64,000 nucleotides of DNA from Malacoraja senta (lineage: Eukaryota): contig CM075991.1 in assembly GCA_038087875.1 (NCBI GenBank), positions 13,828,001-13,892,000 on the forward strand, written 5' to 3'. This document shows positions 13,297 to 27,099 of this stretch, piece after piece. Position numbers and translations under genes: made by a program. A model generated the notes under the pieces. It was not told the DNA's origin, ran no database searches, and saw only the letters and a program-made list of their open reading frames with translations. Each line of letters begins with the position of its first letter. The stretch's first letter is position 1.

Positions 13297-13680
13297 GTTG
13301 TGCGGTGGGCTTCTCCGTGGATTGTCACCTTGTCGTGGTGGAGAAACTTGTGTGGTCCTGACATCCTGAGAGCGATGCCGTCTGGAGCTATGCTCCTGGT
13401 AGGGCCACCCATGGCGGTAAGGTCGAGGGGAGGTCTCTGACAAAGAGCAATCCAACCAAGACCTCAACGGTGGAACAGGCGGAGGATGATGGCTGAACTT
13501 AGTGGAGCGTCACAACGGCTGGGAAGGCGGATGAAGGCTGCAGCAGAAAAGGGTCTCCGGTCGCCTTGGACTCCATGCCACAGGATCCTGACCCAGATCT
13601 GTCAAGGACCATGGGGTGGCTGTCTGTGCACCAGTCTCCCCACGTTAAACAAAGTCATGCACTGGCGTCCTCCATGAGAG
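13297..13680 (+). mobile_element. Non-autonomous RTE-like element (RTE 5'UTR-type motif); second copy at ~49420-49735
   Basis: gtcaccttgtcgtggtggag..gagcgatgcc..ggtagggccacccatggc..ggtc..ggagg..ctgacaaa resembles the conserved 5' region of RTE/BovB/Expander LINEs. The two copies are highly similar; no RT ORF. Confidence 0.6.
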
Positions 13681-14365
13681 GACAGTTGGATTTAGCTCTT
13701 TGAGCTAACGGAATAGGGAGAAAGCAGGATCATGGTACTGATTTTGGATGATCAGCCATGATCATGTTGAATGGTGGTGCTGGCTCCAAGGGCCGAATGG
13801 CCTACTCCTGCACCTATTTTCTATATTTCCATGTCCTGTTTTCATGCTGTATGACCCTATGAATATGACTATGCCTCCATGACACTAAATCACCTGCAAG
13901 CGACCAGCCATGGTAGGGGTGAGGCGGTGAGGGTGGGGGTGGGTGGGGGAGTGAAATCTCCAAAGTTCCCACGGGGCAGAGCTACGAGATGTCAAATATT
14001 TCAGAGTGATACCAACAGCTGTCATGTTCACCACCTCTGATGAGTCACCTCAGACGTCGAAGGTCTGGTTCTTAATAGGTTTGCAAGTCCCGACAGGACG
14101 TCAGACACGGGTTATTGGCCGAGCTACGGCTCCAGACACGAGTGAATGAGACAGATGTGCCCAAACATGGAGATAACTATCTGGGTTGCACTCACGGTGA
14201 TGAGGCTGTGCCGTGTGACTGTTCATTCTTCATTGTGTCTGCGGCCACGAAGGCCATTAATGTGCCAATCTTTTAAAATTAGCTTTCCGCTGAATTCAGA
14301 CCTGAGGTTCATTCAGAAACCTCAAACACCTCCAGAAAAGAATTCCCATCAGTTCCCAAGTGAAG

Positions 14366-14670
14366 GTACACAAAAATGCTGGAGAAACTCAGCGGGTGCA
14401 GCAGCATCTATGGAGCGAAGGAAATAGGTAACGTTTCGGGCCGAAACCCTTCTTCAGACTGATAGGGGGTGGGGAGAAGAAAGGAAAAAAGGAAAAAAGG
14501 AAAATGGCGGAGGAGGAGCCCGAGGGCTGGGGGAGGGGAGGAGACAACCAGATGGCTGATGAAGCGGAGGGGACAGCAAGGGCTAGCAGAATTGGGAGAA
14601 TTCAATGTTCAAACCCCAGGATGTAGACTGCCCAAGCGGAATATGAGGTGCATTTCCTCCAATTTACAGT
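14366..14670 (-). mobile_element. Penelope-like insertion with a 14-bp target-site duplication
   Basis: gttcccaagtgaag at 14352-14365 and 14671-14684 flanks a KLEEMHLIFRLGSL remnant and a hammerhead-type unit at 14430-14457. Confidence 0.8.
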
Positions 14671-16640
14671 GTTCCCAAGTGAAGTTTGGTTCAGCACGGA
14701 TCCAGGAATGTGAGATTCCTGTCAGGGGAATCTAGGAAGCTGGGACAATTGTCCTTGGAGTTGATGTTAAAATATGACATTTGGTCAGGTACATGGATAC
14801 AAAAGGTTTGGAGGGATATGGGCCAAACGTGGGCAGGTGGGACTAGTGTAGATGGGGCATCTGGAGTGCTGGACAGGGTATCAAAAGCAGACACAAGGAA
14901 CTGCAGATGCTGGTTTATGAGAAAAAAATGCAAAGTGCTGGAGTGCTGCACAGGGTATCAAATGCAGACACAAGGAACTGCAGATGCTGCAGATGAAAAA
15001 AAACGCAAAGTGCTGGAGTGCTGGAGTAGACATGTACATGGATAGGACAGTTCACAGGGATATAGGCCAAACACAGGCAGGTGGGACTAGTGTAAATGGG
15101 GCATGTTGGTCGGTGTGGGCAAGTTGGGCCGAAGGGCCTGTTTCACGCTGTATCACCCTATGATTCATCGGGTCAGGCAGCATCTTTGAACATGGATAGG
15201 TGACGATTTGGGCCAGGACCCTTCTTCAGTCTGATTTTAGTGGTGGGGGATGGGGGAGGGGAGGGGAAAGCCGGAAAGAGTGGCAAAGACGGGACAAACA
15301 CAGACAAATGATAAGACACAAAATGCTGGAGTAACACAACGGGTCAGGTAGCATCTCTGGAGAACATAGACAGGTGACGTTTCCGGTCGGGACTCAACTT
15401 CAGACACAATTCCTTTTCTCCAGAGATGTGCCTGACCTACTGAGTTACTCCAGCATTTTTTGTCTGTCTTCGGTGTAAACCAGCATCTGCAGTTCCATCC
15501 CAGGCAAGTGATAGGTGGATACAGATGAGGGAGGGGGAGGCGAGGACGATTGGTCGATTGTTGGTTGAAGGCCAGTGATGAAAATGTTAAAAGTGTGAGG
15601 TAAGGAGATAAGGAAGGAAGCAGCACAAAAAGTCGCCTATCCAAGTTGCCTGACCCGAAATGCTGGAGTAACTCCAAGGGTCAGGCAGTACCTCTGGAGA
15701 AAAGGAATGGGTGACATGTCGGGTGGGGACTCTTCTTCAGACTGGAAGCATCTGACGGGGACTGAAGAAGGGTCTCGACCCCTTTGAGATGTGGGGGAAA
15801 TGGGAGCACTCGGAGAACGCGCAACGTCCACGCAGACAGTACTGGAGGTCAGGATCGAACCCGTGTCACTGGAGCAGTGAGCCAGCAGCTCTACCAGTTG
15901 CACCAATATGCAGTTCAAACCCGCACCAGTCAGATTGACAAGGGGTGGTTGGGGACCTGAGCGGACTCATTCCTGCTGTCTACCTCAGACCATCAGCTCA
16001 AAACTACATTCTGTTAGGGAGTCTAAACTACATTTAATCACACGGTGGTGCAGCGGTAGAGTTGCTGCCTTACAGGGCCAGAGACCCGGGTTCGATCCTG
16101 ACTATGGGTGCTGTCTGTACGGAGTTTGCACCTTCTCCCCGTGACCTGCGTGGGTTTTCTACGGGTGCTCCTATTTCCTCCCATATTCCAAAGACGTGCA
16201 GGTTTGTAGGTTAATTGGTTTCCGTAAATTGTCCCTAATATGTAGGATAGAACCAGTGTAGGGCTGATCGCTGGTTGAGGTAGACTTGGTAGGCCGAAGA
16301 GTCTGATTCTACATTGTACCTCATTAACTAAACTAAACTAAAATAAACCAAAATAAACTAAAATAAACTAGCGGCAATCCAAAGTGGATTAGTAACTTAC
16401 CAACCCACACTGCCGTGACATTTCATAACTTCACAAACTCTAGGAGTTAGGCCAGTCAGCCCATAAAGTCTACTGCGCCATTCAATCATGGCTGATCTAT
16501 CTTCCCCTCTCAAGCGTATTCTCCTGCCTTCGCCCCGTAACCCCTGACACCTGTACTAATCAAGTTGGGGTCTGGGTCTCCCTAAAAAGTGCGAAACGTC
16601 ACCTATCCGTGTTCTCCAGTGATGCTGCCTGACCCGCTGA

Positions 16641-17126
16641 CTCTGTCTCACGGTGTTGCGGTCATCGGCGGTGATGCGCGGTGAAGCGCGGCTTCGCCTG
16701 TAGAGGGGACCGCACGGCAACGGTGAGAGCGCCGAGCCTATGCCGCGGGAGCGCCGCACGGATGCTGCGCGGGGGCCGAGTGATTTAAGTACGGCTGGTC
16801 CCACCCGAGCTTGCGGTAAGTAAAAAAAAAGGGCGGGCCGACTGCGATGACGTCATTTCGGATCTGCGGGGCTGTGCCGGCGGCCGTGCTGATCGCGGCG
16901 CTGTGGCGGCGACCGTGCCGCACACGAGCATCACTGGCGGCGGCTGTGCGGTAGGAACATATTTTTGAACAGTGTTGGGTTTTTTTTAGCACCGTGCGAT
17001 GTTGGGAACAACGGTGCACGGCCCCGGAATTGTGCGTTTGACCGAGCCCGCGGTCTCTGGCGGCCCAGGAGCGGTAGATAGTTCCTGTTTCGCCGCCAAT
17101 AACCGCAGACTCGTGCGACAGGCCTT
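16641..17126. mobile_element. CpG-rich element with a degenerate Harbinger-type TIR, inserted in a Penelope unit
   Basis: Right end gtgcgacaggcct+ttt; splits the host sequence gacccgctga|ttactcc. Confidence 0.5.
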
Positions 17127-19234
17127 TTACTCCTGCACTTGTGTCTATCCGTGTTCTCCAGTGATGCTGCCTGACCCGCTGAGTTACTCCAGCACTTGTG
17201 TCTATCCGTGTTCTCCATTGATGCTGCCTGACCCGCTGAGTTACTCCCACACTTGGTGTCCATCCTTGACTCCTGATTCTTCCCTCTGTTGAGTGGCCTC
17301 TCTAACTACAAGCCTGGTTAGATTGTCTGATGTTAGCAGTCGTCAGATAGTCGCAGTGGAATGTGAAAAGGTTTTTGCACGGATTATCTTCCTGCTCTGG
17401 CAGAAGGCTGCCAGGTGTATTAGTGGGGAAAGAGTCTTGTTAGCAGAGTGTGTGATTATTCACTGAGTCATCTCCAGAGTTCAGAGCCCTCAGGCACCAT
17501 TGCATGCCCTCCTGTGACTGTCAGTCTATATATGTCCATCCAGTACAACTCCCTGTTGACTTGTGTAATATAATAAATGCTATTACTTAGTGAAGCATCA
17601 CTTTGTTTGCACGTGTAGGAAGGAACTGCAGATGCTGGTTTACACTGAAGATAGACACAAAATGCTGGAGTAACTCAGGTGAATTTCATTGACTCATTGG
17701 GGAAAAAAAACGTAAGCAGTTGTATTCAGAACCAAGGATAACCGACCGGTAATGTTAATGTCCGCCAAGCTTCACAGCCGTGTAACTCTGGCTTATTAAA
17801 AGTTGTCTCCACTCCTTCTCCCCCCTTCACCCCCCTACCCCACCCTCTCCCCCCCTCTTTTACGTGACCCTTCCCGTACACTGTGCTTTCACCGTCTTAA
17901 TTACAGCGCCAACCTTCCTGTTCATCGCGGTGTGTGTCTGTATCACATTGGCTTTGCATTGTGTGAATTTCACACAGACAGCGCTCGCCCCGCTTGCCCT
18001 GTCCCCCGCCTGCATAACGGGCTGGTGAAGGAAGCGATGTGTGTGTGTGTGTGTTCCACTCTGACAGTCGCCAGCATTCGCCTTAAAAATCGCCTAAGTG
18101 GGACAGGCCCATAAAGCAGACAGTCCTATTTGCCTACATTCAGCCCATTTTGCTTATTTAGCTTTAGTTTTTTCACAGCAGCAACCAAACACATGGGACG
18201 AGTTTATAGAGATACAGCGCGGAAACAGGCTCTTTAGACCCACCGAGTCCTCTACGACCAGCGATCCCCGCACACTAACACTATCCTACTCACACTAGGG
18301 ACAATTTCCACCTATACCAAGCCAATTAAGATCTTGGAGAAAACCCACGTGGTCACGGGGAGAACGTACAAACTCCGTACAGACGGCACCCGTAGTCGGG
18401 ATCGAACCCGGGTACCTGTGAGGCAGCAACTCTACCGCTGCACCACCGTGCCACTCTTAGACCTTTTTATTTCTGTGTACCCGTCCAAATCTGGAGGTAT
18501 TTGGAAGCATTGACCAAGTGGAACTTTCCCCACCTTTTGGTCAATACCCTTCTCAAGTCAAGTCAAGTCACTTTTATTTCTATAGCACAATTAAAAAACA
18601 ACTCTCGTTGGCCAAAGTGCTTGACATATTGTTGAAAGGAGTTTTGAGTCTACACCTCAGCCTTGCCTGAGTAGCTCCCAGCACCGAAATGTCAGAGGAG
18701 CACATGATTACTGAACCAGTGTCAAGGTTTTTTTAGCGCAGTGGAAAAACTGCCTGCTTCTTCACAGTAAGAGTGCAGCTTTTGTGTGGTTGCTATGCCT
18801 CACAGTTAGCTGCGTCAGTCTCTGACTTTTGCTTTCTTAAGGTTGAATCTTTTGTGTGAACTGCACCCACACAGATTTTAACTATAAATAGAACTGTCCA
18901 GGGACAGGCTGCTCCGTCCACCACAGGCGTAGAATCATTGAGCTACACGGCACGGAAGCAGGCCCTTCGGCCCATCTCGTCCATGCCCGACCAAATTGCC
19001 AACCCGCGCGGGTTCCATCTGTTTGAGCCTGCCCCGGCATATCCCTCCGCCCCGCCACTGTCCACCAAGCTCATCTCCAAACTCATGGAACTTGGAGTCG
19101 GCATTCCCCTCTTCAACTGGATCCTTGACTTCCTGACCCACAGACCCACAATCAGTGAGGCTAGGTAACACATCACGGGAAGGAGATCGAGAACCGTGTA
19201 ACCTGGTGCCAAGGCAACAAGCGCTCCCTCAATG

Positions 19235-20175
19235 TAACATCTCAAAGTTTGCAGATGACACAAAGCTGGGTGGCAATGTGAGCTGCGAGGAGGATGCTAT
19301 GAGGCTGCAGGGTGACTTGGATAGGTTTTGGTGAGTGGGCAGATGAGGTATAATGTGGATAAATGTGAGGTTATCCACTTTGGTAGCAAGAACTAGAAGG
19401 CAGATTGTTATCTGAATGCTGTCAGATTAGGAGAAGGGGAGGTGCAATGAGATCTGGGTGTCCTTGTCCATCAGTCACCGAAAGTAAGCATGCAGGTACA
19501 GCAGGTAGTGAAGAAAGCTAATGGCATGTTGGCCTTCATAGCAAGAGGATTTGAGTATAGGAGCAAGGAGGTCCTACTGCAGTTGTACAGGGCCCTGGTG
19601 AGACTGCACCTGGAGTATTGTGTGCAGTTCTGGTCCCCTAATTTGAGGAAGGACATTCTTGTTATTGAGGGAGTGCAGCGTAGGTTCACCAGATTAATTC
19701 CCAGGATGGTGGGACAGACATATGATGAAAGAATGGAGCGGCTGGGCTTATATTCACTGGAATTTAGAAGGATGAGAGGGAATCTTATAGAAACATATAA
19801 CATTCTTAAGGGATTGGACAGGCTAGATGCAGGAAAAATGTTCCCGATGTTGGGGGAGTCCAGAACCAGGGGTCACAGTTTAAATATAAGGGGTAGGCCA
19901 TTTAAGACTGAGATGAGGAAAAACGTTTTCACCCAGAGAGTTGTGAGATCTTTGGAATTCTCCGACACAGAAGGCATTGGTGGCCAATTCACCAGATGTT
20001 TTCAAGAGAGAGTTAGATATAGCTCTTAGGGCTGACGGAATCAAAGGATATGGGGAGAAAGCAGGAACGGGGTACTGATTTTGGATGATCAGCCATGATC
20101 ATATTGAATAGCGATGCTGGCTGGAAAGGCCAAATGGCCTACTCCTGCACCTATTTTTCATGTTTCTATGTTTCT
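19235..20175 (+). mobile_element. CR1 LINE 3' fragment (RT C-terminus and 3' tail)
   Basis: [15 protein letters not shown] segment at ~19248; ORF 19490-20029 (KKANGMLAFIARG..LEYCVQFWSP); tail atgtttctatgtttc. Confidence 0.93.
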
Positions 20176-21269
20176 GTGGATATGGAGGGATATGGTTTAT
20201 GTGCAGATAGATAAGAGATGGTCTTGGCATCGTGTTCAGCACAGACATTTTGGGCCGAAGGGCCTGTTCTTGTGCTGTACTGTTCTATGTTCTATGTTCT
20301 AATATTGCAAATGCAGCCTAACCAGTTCCAGTTTAGTTTCTTGTTTATTGTCGCATGTACGAGGTACAGTGAAAAGCTTCTGTTGCGTGCTAACCAGTCA
20401 GCGGAAAGACAATACATGATTACAATCGAGTCATTCACAGTGTACAGATAAATGATAATGGAATAACATTTAGTGAAAGATAAAGCCAATGAATTCTGAT
20501 CAAAGATAGTCCAAGGGTCACCAATGAGGTAGATCGTAGTTCCGGACCGCTCTCTAGTTGTGGTAGGATGGTTCAGTTGCCTGATAGCAGCTGGACGAAA
20601 CTGTCCCTGAAACTGGAGGTGTGCGTGCGTTTTCAAACTTCTGTACCTTTTGCCCGATGGGAGAGGGGAGGGAGTGGCCAGGGTGCGACTCGTCCTTGAT
20701 TATGCTGCTGCCCTTGGCGAGGCAGTGTGAGGTGTAACCAAAGTCCTTAGAAGCTGCATCATGACTAAATCTGCATCATATTCAGGAATCAAAAGTTTGC
20801 AGTCACGAATGTTTAATTGTCATATGCACAAGGACAGGAATAATGACATTCCCACTTCCCGCAACTTTAATGCAACAACACAACAGATAAATATGTGTAG
20901 GAAAGAGGTGCAGATGCTGGGTTTACCTCGAAGATAGACACAAATGCTGGTCGAGACCCTTCTTCGGACTGAGTGGGAAGAATGGTCTCAACCCGAAACG
21001 TCACCCACTCCTTCCATCCAGAGACGCTGCCTGTCCCGCTGAGTAAAGAGCCTGTCCCACAGACGATTTTTTAGGCAATTTTTTTAGGCGACTGCCAGCG
21101 ACTGTCACAGTCGTAGCAGCTCGCCGACAAAACGGTGACTGGACCCCCTCCCCTACGACAATGTCCATAACAAGCTACAACCTACCTCCTAGTCGACATC
21201 AAGCTATGGCAAGCTACCGACAACCGGCGACCCATTTGGACGTCCACCTACGACCACACCTACGACAAC

Positions 21270-21469
21270 NNNNNNNNNNNNNNNNNNNNNNNNNNNNNNN
21301 NNNNNNNNNNNNNNNNNNNNNNNNNNNNNNNNNNNNNNNNNNNNNNNNNNNNNNNNNNNNNNNNNNNNNNNNNNNNNNNNNNNNNNNNNNNNNNNNNNNN
21401 NNNNNNNNNNNNNNNNNNNNNNNNNNNNNNNNNNNNNNNNNNNNNNNNNNNNNNNNNNNNNNNNNNNNN
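21270..21469. other. Assembly gap (200 N)
   Basis: Run of N; true size unknown. A MITE starting at ~21047 runs into it. Confidence 0.99.
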
Positions 21470-21720
21470 AGGCCCCACAGAAGCCTGGGGCTCGCCTGGA
21501 TCGGGCACCCGCTCATCATACCTCGAGCGTGGACTGGACTCTGAAAATGGCGCCAAAACATGGCGCCTCTTGCACGCAGGCTCAGTGGACTATTTGTGTA
21601 CAATTTGCTAATCGGGGGTGTGCTTAGGTACGGCAATACTCTGCTGGACTGTTTGTAAGAACATAATTTCTCTGTGTGTTTGCACTTTGCACATGTGACT
21701 GTAAACGTTCCAATGAATCG
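21470..21720 (+). repeat. Dispersed SINE-like repeat with a Rex1-type 3' end; second copy at ~54235-54472, relative at ~50395-50535
   Basis: Near-identical gaagcctggggctcgcctgga..aaaatggcgccaaaa..gcacatgtgact blocks. Confidence 0.7.
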
Positions 21721-23647
21721 TTGAACTTGCCTGTGAAGGGTCAAGAGTGTTATATTGTCATATGTCCCTGATCATATATATATATATACACACACACACA
21801 TGCACACATACAGACACACAAAAATAACAATAGTAGTGCAATAATAACAATCTAATCTATTGTAGTTCAGAGTTTATTTGGAGGTTGTGGTGTTTAATAG
21901 CCTGATGGCTGTAGGGAAGAAGCTGCTCTTGAACTTGGACGTTACAGTTTTCAGGCTCCTGTACCTTCTACCCGATGGCTGGGGTGAGATGAGTGTGTGG
22001 CCAGGGTAGTGTGGGTCTCTGATGATGCTGGCTGCCTTTTTGAGGCACCGACTCCGGTAGATCCCTTCGATGGTGGGGAGGTCAGTATCCACGATGGACT
22101 GGCCAGTGATCACAACAGTTCAGTGTTGTGGAAAGGGGTGAGGATATACAAGGCAATAAATCATCTCCAGAATATTACTGTGTGTTGCTCTCAATCAGGG
22201 CACTTGTGGTCCTGTGATCGGTGCTGGGCCCATCACTGTTTGTGGTTGATATCAATGATACACGTCACCCATCCACGTTCTCCACAGATGCCGCCTGACC
22301 CGCTCAGTTACTCCAGCACTGAAGAAGGGATGAGCACTTTGTGTAACTTTGTCAGCATCTTAGTGGCGACTCTTTTGTGCACTTTGTACGCACAGACAAA
22401 GATTTTCACTGCAACTAGCTAGGTACACGTGACTATCAGGTACCACCATTATCATCACCTCTAACACCAAGGAGGACAAAGGTGGCAGGCACATGGAACA
22501 CCACCGCCCACAGGTTCCCCTCCAACTCACACACCATCCCGACCAGGAAATATAATCACTGACTGTCACCACATCTAAATCTCAGAACTCCCTGTAGAAA
22601 CAATGAGCTGCTGATGCTGGTGTACACACAAGAGCACAAAGGGCTGGAGTAATTCACTGGGTCAGGCAACATCTCTGGGGAACATGGATAGGTGATGTTT
22701 CGGGTCGAGATCCTTCTTCAGACTGATTGTAAGGGAGGGGGGGGGGGGAGGAGGACGAAAGGAAGCTGGAAGAGCGGAGAGGGAGGACAAAACGTGGCAG
22801 GTAACAGGTGAACATAGGTAAGGTCGGGAGAACGTTCCCGACCCAAAACATCATCTATTCATGTTCCCCAGAGATGATGCCTGAACCGCTGAGTTACTCC
22901 AGCACTTTGTGTCTTTTTTCCCCAAGAACTCCCTATCTGACAGCACTGCGGAAGCATTTTCACCAGAAGGACTGCAGCAGTTGATCATAAGGTCATAAGT
23001 GATAGGAGCAGAATTATGCCATTCGGCCCATCAAGTCTACTCCACCATTTAATCATGGCTGATCTATCTCTCCCTTCTAACCCCATTCTCCTGCCTTTTC
23101 CCCATAACCCCTGACACCCGTACTAATCAAGAATCTATCTATCTCCGCCTTAAAAATATCTATTGACTTGGCCTCCACAGCCTTCTGCGGCAAATAATTC
23201 CGCAGATTCACCACCCTCTGACTAAAGAAATTTCTCCTCATCTCCTTCCTAAAAGAACGTCCTTTAATTCTGAGGCTGTGACCTCTGGTCCTAGACTCTC
23301 CCACTAGTGGAACCACCTGTAAGACGTGGATAAAGAAGGTTCACCCCCAAATCCTAAGAGAAAATAGGGATGAACAATAAATGCTGGCCTCACCTGTAAT
23401 GGTCACCTAATGAACAACTGTACAGGTAGCAGCTGTGGTTTGTTTACCATTAGACTTAAGACTTTAAGGCTGTTATCAGGCAACTGAACCATCCTACCAC
23501 AACCAGAGAGCAGTGCTGGACTACTATCTATCTCTTTGGTGACCCTCGGACTATCCTTGATCGGACTTTGCTGGCTTTACCTTGCACTAAACGTTATTCC
23601 CTTCTCATGTATCTGTACACTGTAAATGGCTCGACTGTAATCATGTA

Positions 23648-24192
23648 TTAGAAACATAGAAACATAGAAACATAGAAATTAGGTGCAGGAGTAGGCCATT
23701 CGGCCCTTCAAGCCTGCACCGCCATTCAATATGATCATGGCTGATCATCCAACTCAGTATCCCGTACCTGCCTTCTCTCCATACCCTCTGATCCCTTTAG
23801 CCACAAGGGCCACATCTAACTCCCTCTTAAATATAGCCAATGAACTGGCCTTGACTACCCTCTGTGGCAGAGAGTTCCAGAGATTCACCACTCTCTGTGT
23901 GAAAAAAGTTCTTCTCATCTCAGTTTTAAAGGATTTCCCCCTTATCCTTAAGCTGTGACCCTTTGTCCTGGACTTCCCCAACATCGGGAGCAATCTCCCT
24001 GCATCTAGCCTGTCCAACCCCTTAAGAATTTTGTAAGTTTCTATAAGATTCCCTCTCAATCTCCTAAATTCTAGAGAGTATAAACCAAGTCTATCCAGTC
24101 TTTCTTCATAAGACAGTCCTGACATCCCAGGAATCAGTCTGGTGAACCTTCTCTGCACTCCCTCTATGGCTATAATGTCCTTCCTCAGATTT
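23648..24192 (-). mobile_element. CR1 LINE 3' fragment nested in a Rex1-type tail
   Basis: ORF 23754-24158 (QRRFTRLIPGMSGLSYEERL..); (catagaaa)3 tail. The host sequence atcatgtatt|gtctttc is split by it. Confidence 0.9.
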
Positions 24193-27037
24193 GGTCTTTG
24201 TCTTTCTGGTGACTGGATAGCACACTACAAAAGCTTTTCACTCTACCTCGGTACACGTGACAATAATCTAAACTGAACTTTAGAGATACAGCAGGGAAAC
24301 AGGCCTTTCGGCCCACCGAGCCCGCGCCGACCAGCAATCACCCCGTACACTAGCATTATCCTACACACTGGGGACTAGTTACAATTTTACGGAAGCCAAT
24401 TAACCTACAAACCCGCACGTCTTTTGGAGTGTGGGGGGAAGCTGGAGCACCCGGAGAAAACCCTCATGGTCACAGGGAGAGAGTACAGACTCTGTGCGGG
24501 CAGCACCTGTAGTCAGGATCGAACCCGGGTCTCCGGCGCTGTGAGGCAGCACCTCCGCCAACGTGCTGCAGACAAATCATCTTACGGACAGTTCTCAGGA
24601 GCAAACCCAGTGGCTGTCTGTACTCAAACAAATGCCACACAACACTGCAACTTTAAAGTCAGCTCTGTGAGTCACTGTATCGCCAGTAATGCAGCGTGAA
24701 GGCGTTTTGCAGGGGGTGCACATCCCTGCATGGTGTCGTGCAACCATGCCTTAGTCCATTAGGACCAGTTGTCTGTGTTCTTAGATTCCACGTCTTCAAG
24801 ACCTGTCCAGCTGGGTCACACGATGTATCAGAATGAGACTGCTTTAACACTCATGTGTAGACTTACCCACTTCACCCAGAGAGTTGTGAATCTGTGGAAT
24901 TCTCTGCCACAGAAGGCAGTGGAGGCCAATTCACTGGATGTCTTCAAGAGAGAGTTAGATTTAGCTCTTAGGGCTAACGGAATCAGGGGATATGGGGAGA
25001 AAGCAGGAACGGGATACTGATTCTGGATGATCAGCCATGGTCATATTGAATGGCGGTGGTGGCTCGAAGGGCCGAATGGCCTACTCCTGCACCTATTTAC
25101 TATGTTTCTATGTTTCTAAACACAGATGAGAACTCAGGGCCAAAGACTCTTCGCCACTTTAATTGCATCGTCAAACCAATGCTGTTTTTAATTTGCTCGC
25201 TATTCGCTCCCTGAAATTCTAAATCCTCTTGGAAAAATGTTTCCACCCTGTGCAAACCCAGGTTGTTCTCACTCGAGGCAAGGTGGCGCAGCGGTAGAGT
25301 TGCTGCCTCACAGCGCCAGAGACCCAGGTTCGATACTGACCACGGGTGCTGTCTGTACGGAGTTTGTACATTCTCCCTGTGACCGTGTGGGTGTCCTCCG
25401 GGTGCTCCGGTTTCCTCCCACATTCCCACTCCCAAGACGTGCATGTATGTAGTTTAATTGGCTTCTGTAAATTGTCCCTAGTGTGTAGGATAGAACTAGT
25501 GTATGGGTGAAGGTGATCGCTGGTCGGAGTGGACTCGGTGTGCGGAGGGACCTGTTTCCACGCTGTATCTCCACGCTGTAAGTTAGGGCTAAAGGAATCA
25601 ATGGATATGGGGAGAAGGTAGGAACAGGGTACTGATTCTGGATGATCAGCCATGAAGGGGCCGAGTGGCCTACTCCTGCACCTATTTTCTGTGTTTCAGA
25701 AGTGGAGCGGAGATCGGATCGGATGTCCCCTTCGAGACCTTTTACTGGCAGAACGATGTAGTACAAAGAGGGAAAGTTTGCAAAACGCAGGTGTTTCCTG
25801 CCAGAGTCTGTGTCGTGCTAGTTCCCAACATCAAACACCATGCAAGTCACCAACGTGAACCTCTCGCAGCTGAAGAGCAGGTGGAGATCTGAAACAAGAC
25901 AGAAGCAGCGACACAACTTGCATCTAAGGTTCCACGCAGTCAGCCATTAATTCGCAGGCAATTATTTAATGCCGGCTAAAAATGGAAACTTCAAAGGTGA
26001 CCTCTACAGTCACAAAGCTCGATTGTAAGTCTGAAGAAGGGTCTCGCCCCGAAACATCACCTATTCCTTCGCTCCATAGAAGCTGCCCCCACCCGCTGAG
26101 TTTCTCCAGCATTTTAGTCTAAACTCGATTGTAAGGTACAGGAAGGAACTGCAGATGCTGGCTTAAACTGAAGACAGATACAAAAAGCTGCAGTAACTCA
26201 GCAGGTCGGACAGGATCTCTGGAGAAAAGAATAGTCTGAAGAAGGGTCTCGACCCAAAACGTCACCAATTCCTTTTCTCCAGAGATGCTGTCTGAGCCGC
26301 CGAGTTACTCCAGCTTTTTGCGTCTATCTTCGATTGTAACAATTCCGCTGACTGGTTGGCACGCAACAAAAGCCTTTCACTCTACCTCGGTTTGCAATCG
26401 TTATTGTGCCAATGTATGGAAGCTGAGTTGGAATTCCATTGCCTTTCCTCAGTGTTCCTTCATCAGGGACACAGTCCAGACCAGGAGGGACTCAGTCAGA
26501 AGTTGATTTCAGTTTAGTTTAGAGATACAGCGCGGAAACAGGCCCTTCGGCCCACCGAGTCCGCGCTGACCAGCGATCCCCGCACACTACACACACTCTA
26601 CGGACAACTTACAATTTTACCAAAGCCAATTAGCATACAAACCTCTACGTCTTTGGAGTGTGGGAGGAAACCGGAGCACCCGGAGAAAACCCACGCAGGT
26701 CAACGTACAAACTCCGCACAGACAGCACCAGAGGGTCAGGATCGAACCCGGGTCTCTGGAGCTGTGCGGCTGCGCCAACGTGCCACCCTGAGTGAGTGAG
26801 TGAGGCGAGGTGGGACGGACAACACTAATGTACCTACAGCGCACCATGCACCCACCACAGCTGAAATTAGCCTGCTACTGAAAAGGGTTGAACACGGAAT
26901 TATAGAGCTCCACGCCGGCGATCCAGGCCCGTTGGCCTAGTGTGTCCACACAAACATTCAAACATGCATTGACATCAATCATCCCAGATTTGACCACTTA
27001 TCGTCACATTAGGGACAATTTACAAATTAATCAACCA

Positions 27038-27099
27038 GCCTGGGTAGCTCAGTCTTTTAAAAGCATCAAACTTTTAATCTGATTGGTCCAGGGTTCAAG
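27038..27099 (+). pseudogene. Degenerate, 3'-truncated tRNA-Lys(UUU) copy
   Basis: gcctgggtagctcagtc..aagcatcaaacTTTtaatctga..ggtccagggttcaag aligns with the vertebrate tRNA-Lys3 sequence GCCCGGATAGCTCAGTCGGTAGAGCATCAGACTTTTAATCTGAGGGTCCAGGGTTCAAG. D-loop is damaged and the 3' acceptor strand is missing. Confidence 0.8.

Noticed and set aside
16641..17126. CpG-island-like promoter
   Set aside because: It has a Harbinger-type terminus and splits a Penelope unit, so a transposon insertion explains it better.
21161..21744. ORFs spanning the N run
   Set aside because: Artefacts of the 200-N assembly gap.
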